Below are positions 31,429 to 44,403 of a stretch of 64,000 nt of DNA, one piece after another. Made by a program: the position numbers and the translations under genes. The notes under the pieces are model-generated. The model worked only from the letters and a program-made list of their open reading frames with translations. It was not told the origin of the DNA and made no database searches. Numbering within the stretch: position 1 is the stretch's first letter; the number at the start of each line of letters is the position of its first letter. This DNA is from Macrostomum lignano (Eukaryota). The stretch is from positions 192,202 to 256,201 of the forward strand of contig NIVC01001639.1 in the NCBI GenBank assembly GCA_002269645.1. Direction: 5' to 3'.

Positions 31429-34400
31429 ATGTCAGCACCGATTCTTGATCCGAAAGCACCACTTCTGGACATTAATTATTCTACTGAAAAACCATGCATT
31501 GTTGTTGAGTTGGGACACTCTTTGACCAAGTAAGACTTCAGTTTGAATTTTCTCTATCAGTCTAACGCCTAAAAATTATATAACTAAATATAAATATAGC
31601 AACTTTTCCTATCTGCAGTTATGGTTAAAACAAGCCTTATAGAATAATTAGTTGTTGATATATCCATTGTTTTGTAGTAAAAAGGCCTATTACTACACTA
31701 GGCCTAGTCAGTGGCAGATCTAGAGTTTCATTTGGGGGGGCGGTCTAAGTTTGTGTCGCCAACACAAGTATAAAGAATGCCAATTATTAAGCTAGGGGCA
31801 CAAAATGTATATAGAGGGCAAAAATCAAGCTTAGGGGCACAAAAAATATGTAAGGGGCAAAAAGTCAAGCTTAGGGGTACAAAAAACGTTCTTGGGGGCA
31901 AAAAATCAAGTTTAAAGGGCGCAAACTTATGTTTTTGGGGGGGGGCAAAATATGTTCTGTAAAGCTTTTTTAGGAGGGGGGAGGCAGCTATCCCCTATCC
32001 TTCTTAAAATCTGCCCCTAGGCCTAGTGTTCTATCAGAAGTATAGTCATCAACATGACTATGTCTTTACCTATTGTAATATTAGCCTATCCTTAGACTAA
32101 TATTTTTACCTTCTTGTGGACCACATTGCTAATGAGTAATGACAATATATAACCTATGGCTATACAAAGAAAAATAGGTTTATATGATTGGCATGTAGTA
32201 TCATCTAGGAATTTTTGTCCTTTAAATGTGCCTAGAAATTAATCTAATATATGCAAAGGACATGTTTCATCCTTAGAAAATATAATTATTTTTTGCTAAA
32301 ATGTTTATAAAAATACTTAAAGTAAATTATTTTGAAGATTATTAATATTATATAAAAATTCAAAATATAGACTTTTCTTAGAAAATAGGCCTATTGAGAT
32401 AGGGGTGGAGAAAATAGATTTGTAAGTCAATAATTGCTGACACAATGAGTTGGGACAGTTTGAAATTTGAATTGCTATCTTTGTTATTTTGGCACTTGTA
32501 AAGCCAAAAAAAATTGTGTAGTTTCGTTGCAGTAGCTTTCTCCTTGTACTCTGTCTGCCGGGTCCTGAAGTCTAGGGAGGGTAGTCATAATTGTAGTCAA
32601 GCGGTCTTTTAAACAGGCATGGTCATTCAGTTTGGGTCCTTAGACTCTGTAATTTCAATGTATATTGTTTATCTTAGTTTTGCTTGCTAATAGTAAAATA
32701 GCATTGCTACTACTATAATTTGCATATTACAGAACATTGAGATCTCAGAGTTCATTCAGAGATGAGATTAATTTGGTTTTTTAATGCCCTATAGGCAAAT
32801 GACTTAATAGAAAACTAGGTGGGCTTCAATAAAGGGGCCATAGCCTAGCGGTAACGCAGCTGCTCTGGTGTGCCAGCAACCCAGGCTCAATTCCAAGTGC
32901 TGTCACATTAATTTGGGGCTGAATTGGAATCTTGGCTTGGCTCTGCTCATGCAATTAGCGGCCTTAAGGGCCAACCCCAAGGCACAATGAAGTGTACATG
33001 CCTAACAATAAATAAAGTTAGGGCCGCTTTACACTCCTATGTGAGTGTGTACTTGCGTACATATCCGCACGCTTGTATGCCTGCTCAAGGGAGGGCGGAA
33101 TGGGCAGTAATGCAGGCAGTATAATAACATTTTTTTTGTGGCCAAAACACAATTATTAAGTAGGGGGAGCAAGTTAAGAAAACAATAGGTGGGTCACTGG
33201 GTGGTATAACAGGTAGGGCAACTGGGGGAAAAGGAGGAAAAACCTAGAATTGGGCCAACACGAAAGATACAGCAGAAGTAAAACAAAAATGGGGAAAGAA
33301 GGTGTGTGCTTAAAGAACTTGAAGAATTTTTATCTTTCCTTAAATAAAGGTGCTCCCCAAAGGTCAAAGAATTGATATGCATAAATTTATATTAAAGAAA
33401 TGGTATATTAAGTAATCTCATTAAATAATATTTTCATCCCAAACATCTCTTCCCCTTTGTCCCAATGATTGGTTTTAGGCTATATGAATTTGGGTTGAAG
33501 CTACATAAAAAAGCTTAAATTTAGCAAAAATTAGTTTTTTGCAAAAATTAGCAAAATTATGACTCTGATGAAACTGAAACAATTTCTACACCTATAGTTT
33601 GAGAAGTCTATCAAATTAAAATATCTTTTGTAAATTCATATTTCTCCTATAGTAAAACTATATGCATTTGTCAGAAAACTATACAAAGGTGTACTATATG
33701 CCAATTTTCTAATTTTGTTATATCTTTAACATTGTGCTAATAGGAATTTCACACCAACTATATGCCAACTTACTACTGACAACTCATTTATGCAAATAGG
33801 TAAATATGCCTATAAATCTATAGAAATGATTGACTGTTTTGTTGCTTGCTCTTCAAAAAATATTTTCAAATATTGCTATTGGTCTGGGTAAAGATACAGT
33901 TTTTTATTATTGCAGTTTTAAATTCCATGGCTTAAGCCTTAAACAATAAATTTTCGCAGGTGCGGCATTGCTGGTGAGTTCGCACCCCGATGGATCAGCC
34001 CATCTGTGGCGGTTAAAACTCGAGTTGGCGAAGCGCCATTGCAGGTTGGAGTTTTATGTTAAATATTTTGCTAATTTAATTTACACCCATGCTAACTTTT
34101 GTTGCTCATTACACTTTTTCCAGTCGATTGGAGTTCCACGTAATGTCTGGGACTACAAGGAGAAGGACGACTTGCGGGCACTTCTTGTTGACTTTTTTCA
34201 CTCGATCTATTTTAAGCAAGTCAATAAATGACCTGATTATTTTAACTCAATGATTTACAAGGCTGTAGCCTACGCTTGTATTTTCATAAAAGTTAAAAAA
34301 AATCACCCAAAATGCTTTTTAAAATCCCTCTAAGAATCACCTAAAATCCCTCTAGGAGTCGCCTAAAATCACTCTGGGAATCACCTAAAATCCTTCTGGG

Positions 34401-37323
34401 AATCACCTTAAATACTTTTAGGAGTCACCTAAAATCCTTTAGGAATCACCTAAAATTTTTTCAGGAGTCGCCTAAAATCCTAATAGTCACCTGAAATCCC
34501 TCTAGGGTTCACCTACGAGTACAACACGTATAAAGATCACCTAAAATACATTTAGGAGTCACCTAAATTCCTTTTAGGAGTCCCTAAAATACCTCTTAGA
34601 ATCACCTAAAATCCTTCTAATATTCACTATAATCTATAACCTTTAAAGATCACCTAAAATACTTTTAGGAGTCACCTAAAATTCCTTTAAGAGTCACCTA
34701 CAAAACTTTAGGAATCACCTTAGCTGATCAGCCTAGAATCAGGTAAGAATGAGCCTAAAAGCCCAGCATTTTGACAATCAAACACTCAGGTACCTGCTGG
34801 TGAATCCCAAGGAGCGGCCAGTGCTCCTAGTAGAGTCAGTGCTCTGTCCAACGCTGATTCGCGACACCGTAGCAGACGTGCTGTTCCATCACTTCGAAGC
34901 GCCATCGCTGCTGTTCGCCCCGGCTCATCTGCTCAGCCTGCTGCCGCTAGGCACCCAGACTGGCCTGGTGCTGGACTGCGGCTACAAAGAGGCCCTTGTA
35001 GTGCCCGTATTTCACGGAGTCTCCGTGCTCAAAGCTTGGCAAGCTGCTCCGCTGGGAGCTGAGGCTATTCATTTGAATTTGCAGCGCCTGCTGGGGTCTG
35101 AGGCTGCTCTTGATGGAGGAGAGAAGCTGGAGAAGGTAAGAATGATTCGGCACATGGGAGGGCAGTAACCAACTGACATGGTGACAGTGACCAGCTGACA
35201 TGGTGGCAGTGACCAGCTGACATGGTGGCAGTGAGCAACTGAAATGGTGGCAGTGACCAACTGACAGGGTGGCAGTGACCAACTGACTGGGTGGCAGTGA
35301 CCAACTGACAGGGTGGCAGTGACCAGCTGACTGGGTGGCAGTGACCAGCTGACTGGGTGGCAGTGACCAACGACTGGGTGGCAGTGACCAACTGACTGGG
35401 TGGCAGTGACCAACTGAAATGGTGGCAGTGACCAACTGAAATGGTGGCAGTGACCAACTGAAATGGTGGCAGTGACCAACTGACAGGGTGGCAGTGACCA
35501 GCTGACTGGGTGGCAGTGACCAACTGACTGGGTGGCAGTGACCAGCTGACTGGGTGGCAGTGACCAACTGAAATGGTGGCAATTACCAACTGACAGGGTG
35601 GCAGTGACCAACTGAAATGGTGGCAGTGACCAACTGACTGGGTGGCAGTGACCAACTGACATGGTGGCAGTGAGCAACTGAAATGGTGGCAGTGACCAAC
35701 TGACAGGGTGGCAATGACCAACTGACTGGGTGGCAGTGACCAGCTGACTGGGTGGCAGTGACCAACTGACTGGGTGGCAGTGACCAACTGACTGGGTGGC
35801 AGTGACCAACTGAAATGGTGGCAGTGACCAGCTGACTGGGTGGCAGTGACCAACTGACTGGGTGGCAGTGAGCAACTGACATGGTGGCAGTGACCAACCG
35901 ACTGGGTGGCAGTGACTATCTTGCAAAATAGAGAGACAAAAATGTTCAACTGAAGGATCCCTGAAGGGTTAGCGGTGGCTTACTGAAGGATCCTGAGGCG
36001 AGCTGGTCATTCACAGGACTCAAACCCAATAGCTGTCTAAAATTCATGCGCTCCGCAGACGCCCAACTGGCAGCGCCTCGTTCCCGAGTCGCTCTGCGAA
36101 GACATCAAAGTTCGCGCCTGTTTCGTCACCCGCCGAGCTCGCGCCGCTGCCTACGCTGCCGCCGCCGCCGCCGCGGCCTCCAGCGAAGACACCCCGTCGG
36201 CCTCGTCAGATCCGGAACCGCGGCCCGTGGACTTCGAGCTGCCGCTGGACGGCGGTCGTCGACTTCTAAGCGTCCCCGGCAGGGTTCGCGAGCTCGCCTG
36301 CGAGGCCCTGTTTGAGCCAGACTCTGATGGGGTCAGCCTGCCCGCTCTGCTGCTGGACTCCCTCCTGATGTGCCCTGTTGATCTGCGAGCACCGCTGGCC
36401 TCCAATATACTGGTGTGCCTGGGGATTTACTGATCTTTGAAATGGGATTTTTAGTGACTTGCAGCCCTCCCGATTCTCAAAATTGGATTCTCTGGGACTC
36501 TGAGCATCCCACACCCTGACCCTCAGCACCTCACACCCTGATTCTCAGTACCCCACACCCTAACCCTCAGCACCTCACACCCTGACCCTCAGCACCCCAC
36601 ACCCTGATTCTCAGTACCCCACACCCTGATTCTCAGCACCCCACACCCTGACCCTTAGCATCCTACACCCTGATCCTCAGCATCCCACACCCTGATTCTC
36701 AGTACCCCACACCCTGACCCTCAGCACCCCACACCCTGATTCTCAGTACCCCACACCCTGACCCTCAGCATCCCACACCCTGATCCTGTGTACCCCACCC
36801 TGATTCTCAGTACCCCACACCCTGACCCTCAGCACCCCACACCCTGATTCTCAGTACCCCACACCCTGATCCTCAGTACCCCACACCCTCACCCTCAGCA
36901 TTCCACACCCTGATCCTCAGCATCCCACACCCTGATCCTCAGCACCCCACAACCTGAGCCTCAGCATCCCACACCCTGACCCTCATCCGCGCCTCCTCCA
37001 TCCCGCAGGTGATCGGCGGCACGGCAATGCTGCCTGGGTTCAACTCGCGCCTACGCGAGGAGCTGACCGCCCTGCTGGAGCAGCCGCGCTACCGCCAACT
37101 GGCCGGCCTCGCCCCGTTCAAGTTTCACAGTCCGCCTGGCAAAGCAAATTTTATTGCTTGGCTGGGCGGCGCCATCATGGGCGCCCTGGAAGTGATGGGA
37201 GTTCGCGCCCTGACTCGGGAGCAGTACCGGCTTAGTGGCGACCGGATGCCCGACTGGCCGGAGTTCTTCCACGGGTCGCTGTCGTCTCAGGAGGAGGCCG
37301 CCAAAGGACTGGAGAGGCGGTGA
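31429..37323 (+). CDS. ACTR10: Actin-related protein 10 (Arp11, dynactin pointed-end subunit), 430 aa; exons 31429-31529, 33960-34044, 34124-34215, 34790-35135, 36059-36412, 37009-37323
   Basis: Motifs: IVVELGHSLTKCGIAGEFAPR, YLLVNPKERPVLLVES, GLVLDCGY, EDIKVRACFV, NILVIGGTAMLPGF, WLGGAIMG. Phases are consistent (1293 nt); intron 3 has a GC donor (AA/GCAAGT at 34216). Confidence 0.92.
31709..32019. mobile_element. hAT-type MITE in ACTR10 intron 1
   Basis: TIRs CAGTGGCAGATCTA and (reverse complement) TAGGGGCAGATTTT; perfect 8-bp TSD GGCCTAGT at 31701-31708 and 32020-32027; internal AAGCTTAGGGGCA repeats. Confidence 0.8.
32834..33065 (+). mobile_element. tRNA-derived SINE
   Basis: GGGGCCATAGCCTAGCGG (A box) and GGCTCAATTCC (B box); the body is collinear with the inverted copy at 19985-20227. 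Confidence 0.85.
34320..34720. repeat. Degenerate ~22-bp repeat with core GAATCACCTAAAATCC in ACTR10 intron 3
   Basis: Recurring core motif. Confidence 0.75.
35170..35915. repeat. 22-bp minisatellite (GTGGCAGTGACCAACTGACTGG)n in ACTR10 intron 4
   Basis: Tandem units visible. Confidence 0.95.
36500..36985. repeat. ~22-bp minisatellite (CACACCCTGACCCTCAGCACCC)n in ACTR10 intron 5
   Basis: Tandem units visible. Confidence 0.9.
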
Positions 37324-37409
37324 TGATCCCCGGCTGCTTTTCAACTGATTGACAGGTTCTGGTTTGCCAATTATTTTCATCTTCTTTTGGTGGCGTTGGA
37401 TGGTAGATT

Positions 37410-37518
37410 GCTGTAGATTTACTGCAGGTAGATTTACTGCAGGTAGATTTACTGCAGGTAGATTTACTGCAGGTAGATTTACTGCAGGTAGATTTACTGC
37501 AGGTAGATTTACTGCAGG
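37410..37518. repeat. 15-bp tandem repeat (GTAGATTTACTGCAG)n just 3' of the ACTR10 stop
   Basis: About 7 near-perfect units. Confidence 0.9.
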
Positions 37519-38526
37519 TAGATTTACTGCAGGTAGATTAAACAGCAAATGTTTATGCTACTCTTTGAAAGAGCTGAACAACTTTTCCGTGAGATATTAA
37601 AATCTGTATTTCTAATATTTCTCGGTGATAGACAAATTCAATATGAGACCGACTTAAGCCTATTACCTTTTGTATTCTATTTGTTGCAGTTGCAATCTCT
37701 AATCTGCTAATTGGTGAAAATCATGCTCCATTTAAACTGGCTCTCACAACTGTTTTCTCCTTCTTGCTGACAATTCATTGTTGTCTATAAATGTAATAAA
37801 TTATGAATACTATCTGGCATACGAGTATATCTACTAGTCTGTATTGGGCGTGCTTTTAAAATTTTACTGATTTATACGTCTTTTACTAGAGTATTTTTTT
37901 AGGTTTTTCTTTCAATTTTTTACTCTAAAATACTCTAAAAAGTATTGTCAGAGGCTGAATGATAAGAATTATATTGTGTCAAAGACAGAGTCCGTAGTTG
38001 TTGTGCGGTTGCGAACGAGAAAAACTGCAGCTAAGCTGTAGGTGGCAGGAATCGCGGCGGCGACCTGATAGCGATTTTGACAGGAATGACAGCTCAAGTC
38101 GGCAGAACTGAACTGGTTACTGAACGATAGCTAGAGACAGAATCGGGCTTTTAGTAGCGGCCAGGATGAGAACCAAAATTAACAGGGAGTATCGACTAAC
38201 TGACTAGTTTACGTGACGTATGTCTAAGCCCACCCAATCCAACGCATGTAGAAACTCTCTAACACTGATTTATCAAATTTTCTGCCTCATCAGAATGACT
38301 CCGTAGTGTTGTCCCCGCGGCAGACGCGGTTGCACAAGTCCTCTACCAACGATCGCCACCCAACTTTAGCCATATATAATCGTACGTAAGTGTGCAGTAC
38401 CGAATTGAAGGCCACCGAAATACGGTACATTAGTAAAGCCGCCGTAAGATAGCAGAGTCTGTTGCTAATGGCCATGGACATCGGGTTGTCGCCTAACAGA
38501 TCTCTGTTCGGAGAGGTATTTTGTTG

Positions 38527-39746
38527 GGGTCGCCATCACAAGCTCGAAAAATCACATCGTCGAAACAGGGCTCCATCACAAGCTCGAAAAGTCACATCGT
38601 CGAAAACTGATTTAGCAACCACCATCACAAGCTCGAAAACTCACATCGTTGAAAAGTTTAGCAACCACCATCACAAGCTCGAAAAATCACATCGTCGAAA
38701 ACTGATTTAGCAGCCGACATCACAAGCTCGAAAAGTCATAAGCTTGAAAAATCATATCGTCAAAGAGTTTAGCAACCACCATCACAAGCTCGAAAACTCA
38801 CAAGCTCGAAAAATCACATCGTTGAAAACTGATTTAGCAGCCACCATCACAAGCTCGAAAAATCATATCGTCGAAAAGTTTAGCAACCACCATCACAAGC
38901 TCGAAAAATCACATCGTCGAAAAGTTTAGCTAACATCATCACAAGCTCGAAAAGGCACAAGCTCTAACCCTAACCCTAACCCCAAGGCACTAACCCTAAC
39001 CCTAAGGCACCAGTACCCTAGCCTAACCCTGAGCCATAACCCTAACCCCAACCCTAACCTAACCCTAAACCCTAACTTAAAGGCACTAGTTCTAACCCCG
39101 ACCCTAACCCTAAACCCTAACCCTAAGGCACAAGTTCAACCCCAACCCTAAACTTAACCCTAAGCCCTAACCCTAAGGCACAAGCTCTAACCCTAACCCT
39201 ATTCAAGCTTGTGATGTGGTTGCTAACCTTTTCGACGATGTGACTTTTCGAGCTTATGATGGTGGTTGCTAGACTTTTCGACGATATGATTTTCGAGCAA
39301 TTATGACTTTTCGAGCTTGTGATGGTGGTTGCTAAACTTTTCGATGATGTGATTTTTCGAGTGTTGTGGGTTGATGGCTTTGCCATAGACATTTTTGTTA
39401 CGCGACTGCGTTGATGAATTGAACCATGCTATTGAGTTATGAAATAAAGAATAGACGCGTCAGAGGTCAACAGACCGCTAGACTGACAATTGCTAAAGGC
39501 TAAAGCCAAAAGCACAACAGTCAAAATCGCAGTCAAACAGTCAAAAACTTATGACTTATCGAGCTTGTGATGTCGGCTGCTAAATCAGTTTTCGACGATG
39601 TGATTTTTCGAGCTTGTGAGTTTTCGAGCTTGTGATGGTGGTTGCTAAACTTTTCGACGATATGATTTTTCGAGCTTATGACTTTCGAGCTTGTGACGGT
39701 GAATGCTTTTCGACGATGTGATCTTTCGAGCTTGTGATGGGCCCCC
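38527..39746. mobile_element. Foldback-like non-autonomous DNA element with a telomere-like core
   Basis: The left arm repeats CATCACAAGCTCGAAAA..CACATCGTCGAAA and the right arm repeats its reverse complement. (CCCTAA)-like tract at 38964-39200; GGG/CCC termini; 8-bp TSD TTTTGTTG at 38519-38526 and 39747-39754. Confidence 0.75.
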
Positions 39747-40909
39747 TTTTGTTGTGTCATCAAATGAGTACTTGCATGCAGTGAGGTGCTATGAATAAAA
39801 ATATTAATTGAAACTGTTACATGGGATGCGTAAAGAGCATTATTCCTACAATTAATTTTGTCGTATCACCGATTCCAGAACAAGAATAAAAGAATTTGCT
39901 CAGAATTAGAACTTTTCACTTTGCCTTTTTCGGAACGTTCCGAAGAAGAATCGTATCCGAAAAACGGCCGGGCTCTGAATCCGACGTTAAGTGTTAATAA
40001 GTTTTTGATTTCTTATTAAAAATGTATTTCGGATATAAAGCATTTCTGAATTCGAGAGAGAAATTTACGACTAGTTGTTCCGAGGAGACTATAATCTGCA
40101 CAGCTAAAATCTCAAAAATGCAAGTTACGGTCTGTCAGCTGAACAAAACAAGTTGGCAAACATATTACAGCATGCTCATTAAAATGTAAATAGTTTGATG
40201 CATACAAAAACGTTTTAAAATTAAAAAAAATTCTGGGAGAAAACTTAGAGTTAGATTCAATTATTTAGCGAAAAAGTAGAGTCATTTAATTTCAATCCCG
40301 ACGCAATGATGAAATGCAAAAACTGTTGAAGATTGCATAACGGATCAGATGATAAATATCTGTAGTTAAATTTGCAACAGTAACACAGGGTATATTGTAA
40401 ATATTTTGGAATAAAATTAATAAGATTATAAAAGACTTTTTTGCTTGACACTCATTTAAAAATTATGTCAGCTTTTCAGAATATAAAAAGACCTTTGTGA
40501 ATGTCTATAGACATTAAAAGTTTTCAATTTTTAATTTAATCCAGTTTTAATTTGAATTACTGATTGCTATTGCTTCATTGTGTTATGTATTGTTTTGTAT
40601 AAATTAGGCCTAACCTGATAATGCACAAAAAAGTTTTGTTTACCCATAATTTTTTTTAAATTGTCTTTTGAAGAATGTTATCTATTGACTAGGCCCTATC
40701 TTCTTTTAAAGCTAGGGCCTATTTTATGATGCACTTAGGAAAAAAATTAGGTTGAATATTTTTAAAAAATATTGGTACCATGCCAAGGCAATAGGCAATA
40801 CTGCTCTACTTATTCATACAGTAGCTATTTTATAAAAGATAATATATAAAGCACTCATTATTTGCATAGTATCATTGATACTAACTAAAATAAAGACTGT
40901 TTTTATATA

Positions 40910-41126
40910 CAGTGGTTCTCAACCTGTGGGTCATGACCCCTAGTAGGGTGGGGTTGCATGACCTGTATGGTATGACCATTTTCTAGGGGTTGCAACACTA
41001 AGAAATGTATAAGTATATGATACTTAATGATATATTATATTGATTATAAAAGCCAAAAAGGGTCACAAACATAAAAAAATGCAAATGAATAAATTAGGGT
41101 TGCCTAAAAAAGGTTGAAAACTGCTA
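40910..41126. mobile_element. Degraded Charlie/hAT-like MITE
   Basis: Left end CAGTGGTTCTCAACC; right end GGTTGAAAACTGCTA (imperfect inverse); AT-rich TTTA flanks. Confidence 0.55.
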
Positions 41127-43195
41127 TTTATTATAATATAGGCCTACTATGTAATAGCCATGGTCTAGTAACATTTAACTACAAATCTATCCTTTTAAAA
41201 ACAAATGAGTTATATTCTTATTTGTTTCTTTTGAAACACCTTTCATACTTTGTATTATTACAGCAAGCTAACAAAAATGCTAAGCTATAGCTATGAACAT
41301 AAATCATGTCTAAACTCTATCTATTAACTTTAATTAGTTAACACTCATAAAAATAAAAAATACAAATACAAGTATTGGGTAATCCTTAATAGTATAAGAT
41401 AACTACTATTTATAAGGTATTTATTTTAGTTAACATATAGATAACATTAGCAATATTTATATGGTACTATATAAATAATGATTACCATTATATAATATTG
41501 TCTATTGATATTGTTATAATAGAATTATATAGGTATTAATGGTTAGTATATAACTTTAAACAAAGAGATTATAGGGCAAGGCTTGTACTTAATTATATTT
41601 AATAGTTAAGCATAGAATATGCTAAGAATAGTAGGCCCATTCATATGTATAATAAAATTTAGCTACTAACAAAGATTGTATTATATAGATAATAGTCATT
41701 ATTGGCATGGCATATACTAAGAGTAGTGGGTCTATTCTTATATAAACATATTAGAATAGTGCCATATAAATGATATTGTTGTTATTGACATAGGATTATG
41801 GGAATAAGTGCTGCCTAAAGCTTAAGTTTTTTTAGATAGAAGGTAAGACCTATAATCCTATATCAAAACAGTTAAGTAATGTTTTATTTGTTTTTGTTTA
41901 TATTTTCATAATTTTAAGGGGTACCAATATTTTTGTATATATATACTTATAGTATTTTATATTTTTCTATAGTCACTAATAATATTTCTTAGTGCTTTTT
42001 AACGCAAATTTGATTAAAAGCTAAAAATGTCCTAAAATTAGGCCTAGAATTTTAAATGATAAACTAAATATATATATAGAAATAAAACACAATGCTTATA
42101 GCTTATAGCTTATAGCTTAATAAGAATGATCTATTAATAGAAATAAAAAAAACATGGTTATTTATAAGCTTGTAATATATGCTTAGCATATGCCTTGAAT
42201 TTTTTTAGTTTAAAAAGACAACTCATATATGGAATTTGGAATAAGCCCTAACTTTAAGGTGAATAGTTAAGGCTACTTGTATAAACAAGTATATTCAATA
42301 TATCCATATATTGGCACAAAAAAGATTTTTACCAAAATGTCTTATCATTGTAACAACTTGGTATTTCTTAATAAAAATGCAATCTTATAACTCTTATTCA
42401 ATTTGGCTATATTGATTTAGGCTTTATGGTTACAAAAAGCCTATAGGCTTGTGTGGTTATCTTCAATGCTTCTTAGCATTTGATCTATATCTTTTTATAA
42501 TAGTTTATTCTTTTTGAATAGACTAAGAGTAATAGTATATATGTAATGTTCTGGTGTGATATATGACATATTATAGTACCATTTAATAATATAAATGATT
42601 GTCTTTATAGCAATGGATGATTAATATTAGAATAAAAATGCAAATCTACAGACCTTTGCTACTAAATCAAATTATTTATTAGCTAACTAAAATTTTGTTT
42701 GACTATAGATATCTACATTTTTGTATTTTAACTGACTTGATTAAAGCTGTGGTCATTTGGTAAAAAACCTTTCTGTTGAAAACTAAACTTTAGAAACTTT
42801 TTAGAGAGTTCCTTGCATGGTAGGCTGGGGGCATAGAATCTTGATGTTTCTAAAATATTTGAAATTGCAAAGGTATTGTGGACTATGTCGTTTATGTGAA
42901 TTTCTAGAAATCACAATCTGAAATAACTTATGTATATTATATCTTTTCAGAATTATTTTGAACCACCTTTTCAAACCCATTGATTTTCTCTCTTGGCTTA
43001 TAAGTTAGGCTGCAATGAGTTTTTCAAATAAGTATAATTACAATAAAAAGTTACCATACAGACAATAATCAGATATTTAGCATACTTTCATCTGAAGATT
43101 ATTTAGGTGAAGTATTGGAACCTAAATGTGCTTTTAATTAAAAAAAAGATTATCGCTGTTTCTACTTCAAGTAGCATAAACTCTTACAATTTCAG

Positions 43196-44403
43196 GCTCC
43201 AGGCAAGCAGCAGATGGCTGCGCGCCCAGCAACCCTTGGCGTCAATGGCAACGGTGTGGAGGCTCAGCAGCCGGGCATGGATCGGAATGGCCCAATTGGC
43301 GAGGCTGCTCACCAAGGCTACCCGGTTTATTACTCGCACCAGCACCAGCCGGTCTACCAGCACCAGCAGCCGCCGGTTATGCACTACTGGCCGTCCACTG
43401 TCTATGGCCCGATGCCAATGCAGCTACCGCCGCCGCCTCCGCCAACCACAGCTTCGGGCAGTCCGGCTGATGCCGTTGTCTATGGCAGCGTTGGTGGCTG
43501 CGGCGCCGCCGGGGCTGTCGGGGTTCCGCCAATCATCATGAGCGCGTTGGAGCACATCCTGCGCAGGCTGGACATCCTGACTCAGGTATGTCCTCTCCCG
43601 TGTGCAATTTTCAATGTGTCTTGTGTCCAAATATGAGCAGAATAGAAGCAAGAAGGGACAGTTCTGCTGCTGAAGATGTGTCCCAAACCGTGAGAAATGT
43701 GTAGATGCATGATGCATCAGTAGTATCAGTTAGTAGTAGTTATAGTCATACATGCGCAACACCCGGCCGGCTGGCAAGGGGCCCAGCCAAGGTAAATCGC
43801 AAAAATACATATGTAGTACTAATTAGATGACGAGGCATTTAGCCTCAATAAGACGGTCATAGTTACTTTCGCCGTTTACTTAAAATTGCTTTTAATTTTT
43901 GCTTTAGAGTTTCTTTGACAGGTAATTCGCATTTTTGGTCAAAAAAGTAAGCCGCACGACCAGTGTAAATCAGGGTTGTGGTTATAGTAGTCGCGGTAGT
44001 ATTAGCATTAGTAGTAGTAATAGTACTAGTAAGTAGTAGTAGTAGTAGTATTAGTAGTAGAAGTAGTAGTAACAACCAAAACCTACCTGTTAGGCCAATG
44101 TCGATTTGTTTCATAAAATTAATCCAGCAAAACAATTTAAACTGGTGCAAAAATACAACTAAACCTTGGCATTGAGCATAAGATATTACACTATAATTTA
44201 TCAATGCCTTCCCTCAGACTGTAGCCATACTGGAGCAGCGCCTGACTCTCACCGAGGGCAACCTGAAGACAATGATGGACAGGCAGTTTGTCGCCGAGGC
44301 CGCCTCGTACAAGCAGCAACAGCACGAGGAGGATGAGCAGAATGGTGAAGAAGATCAGAATCCACAGGAGGAGGATGGACTGGAGTCGGATCAGAAGGCC
44401 TAA
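43196..44403 (+). CDS. POC1: 3' exons (43196-43585, 44218-44403) of a POC1-like centriolar protein: Pro/Gln/His-rich linker, Poc1 coiled coil, acidic tail
   Basis: The spliced join reads [37 protein letters not shown], closely matching the conserved C-terminal Poc1 motif ([29 protein letters not shown] in vertebrate POC1). No upstream WD40 exons were recognised. Confidence 0.7.

Noticed and set aside
32834-32910. Possible tRNA gene
   Set aside because: A and B boxes are present, but the head runs into a ~160-bp body shared with another dispersed copy and I could not fold a convincing cloverleaf. Better explained as a SINE.
39879-39985. Possible upstream coding exon for the POC1-like gene
   Set aside because: AG/GT boundaries exist, but the phase needed to join 43196 contains a stop and the peptide is not WD40-like.
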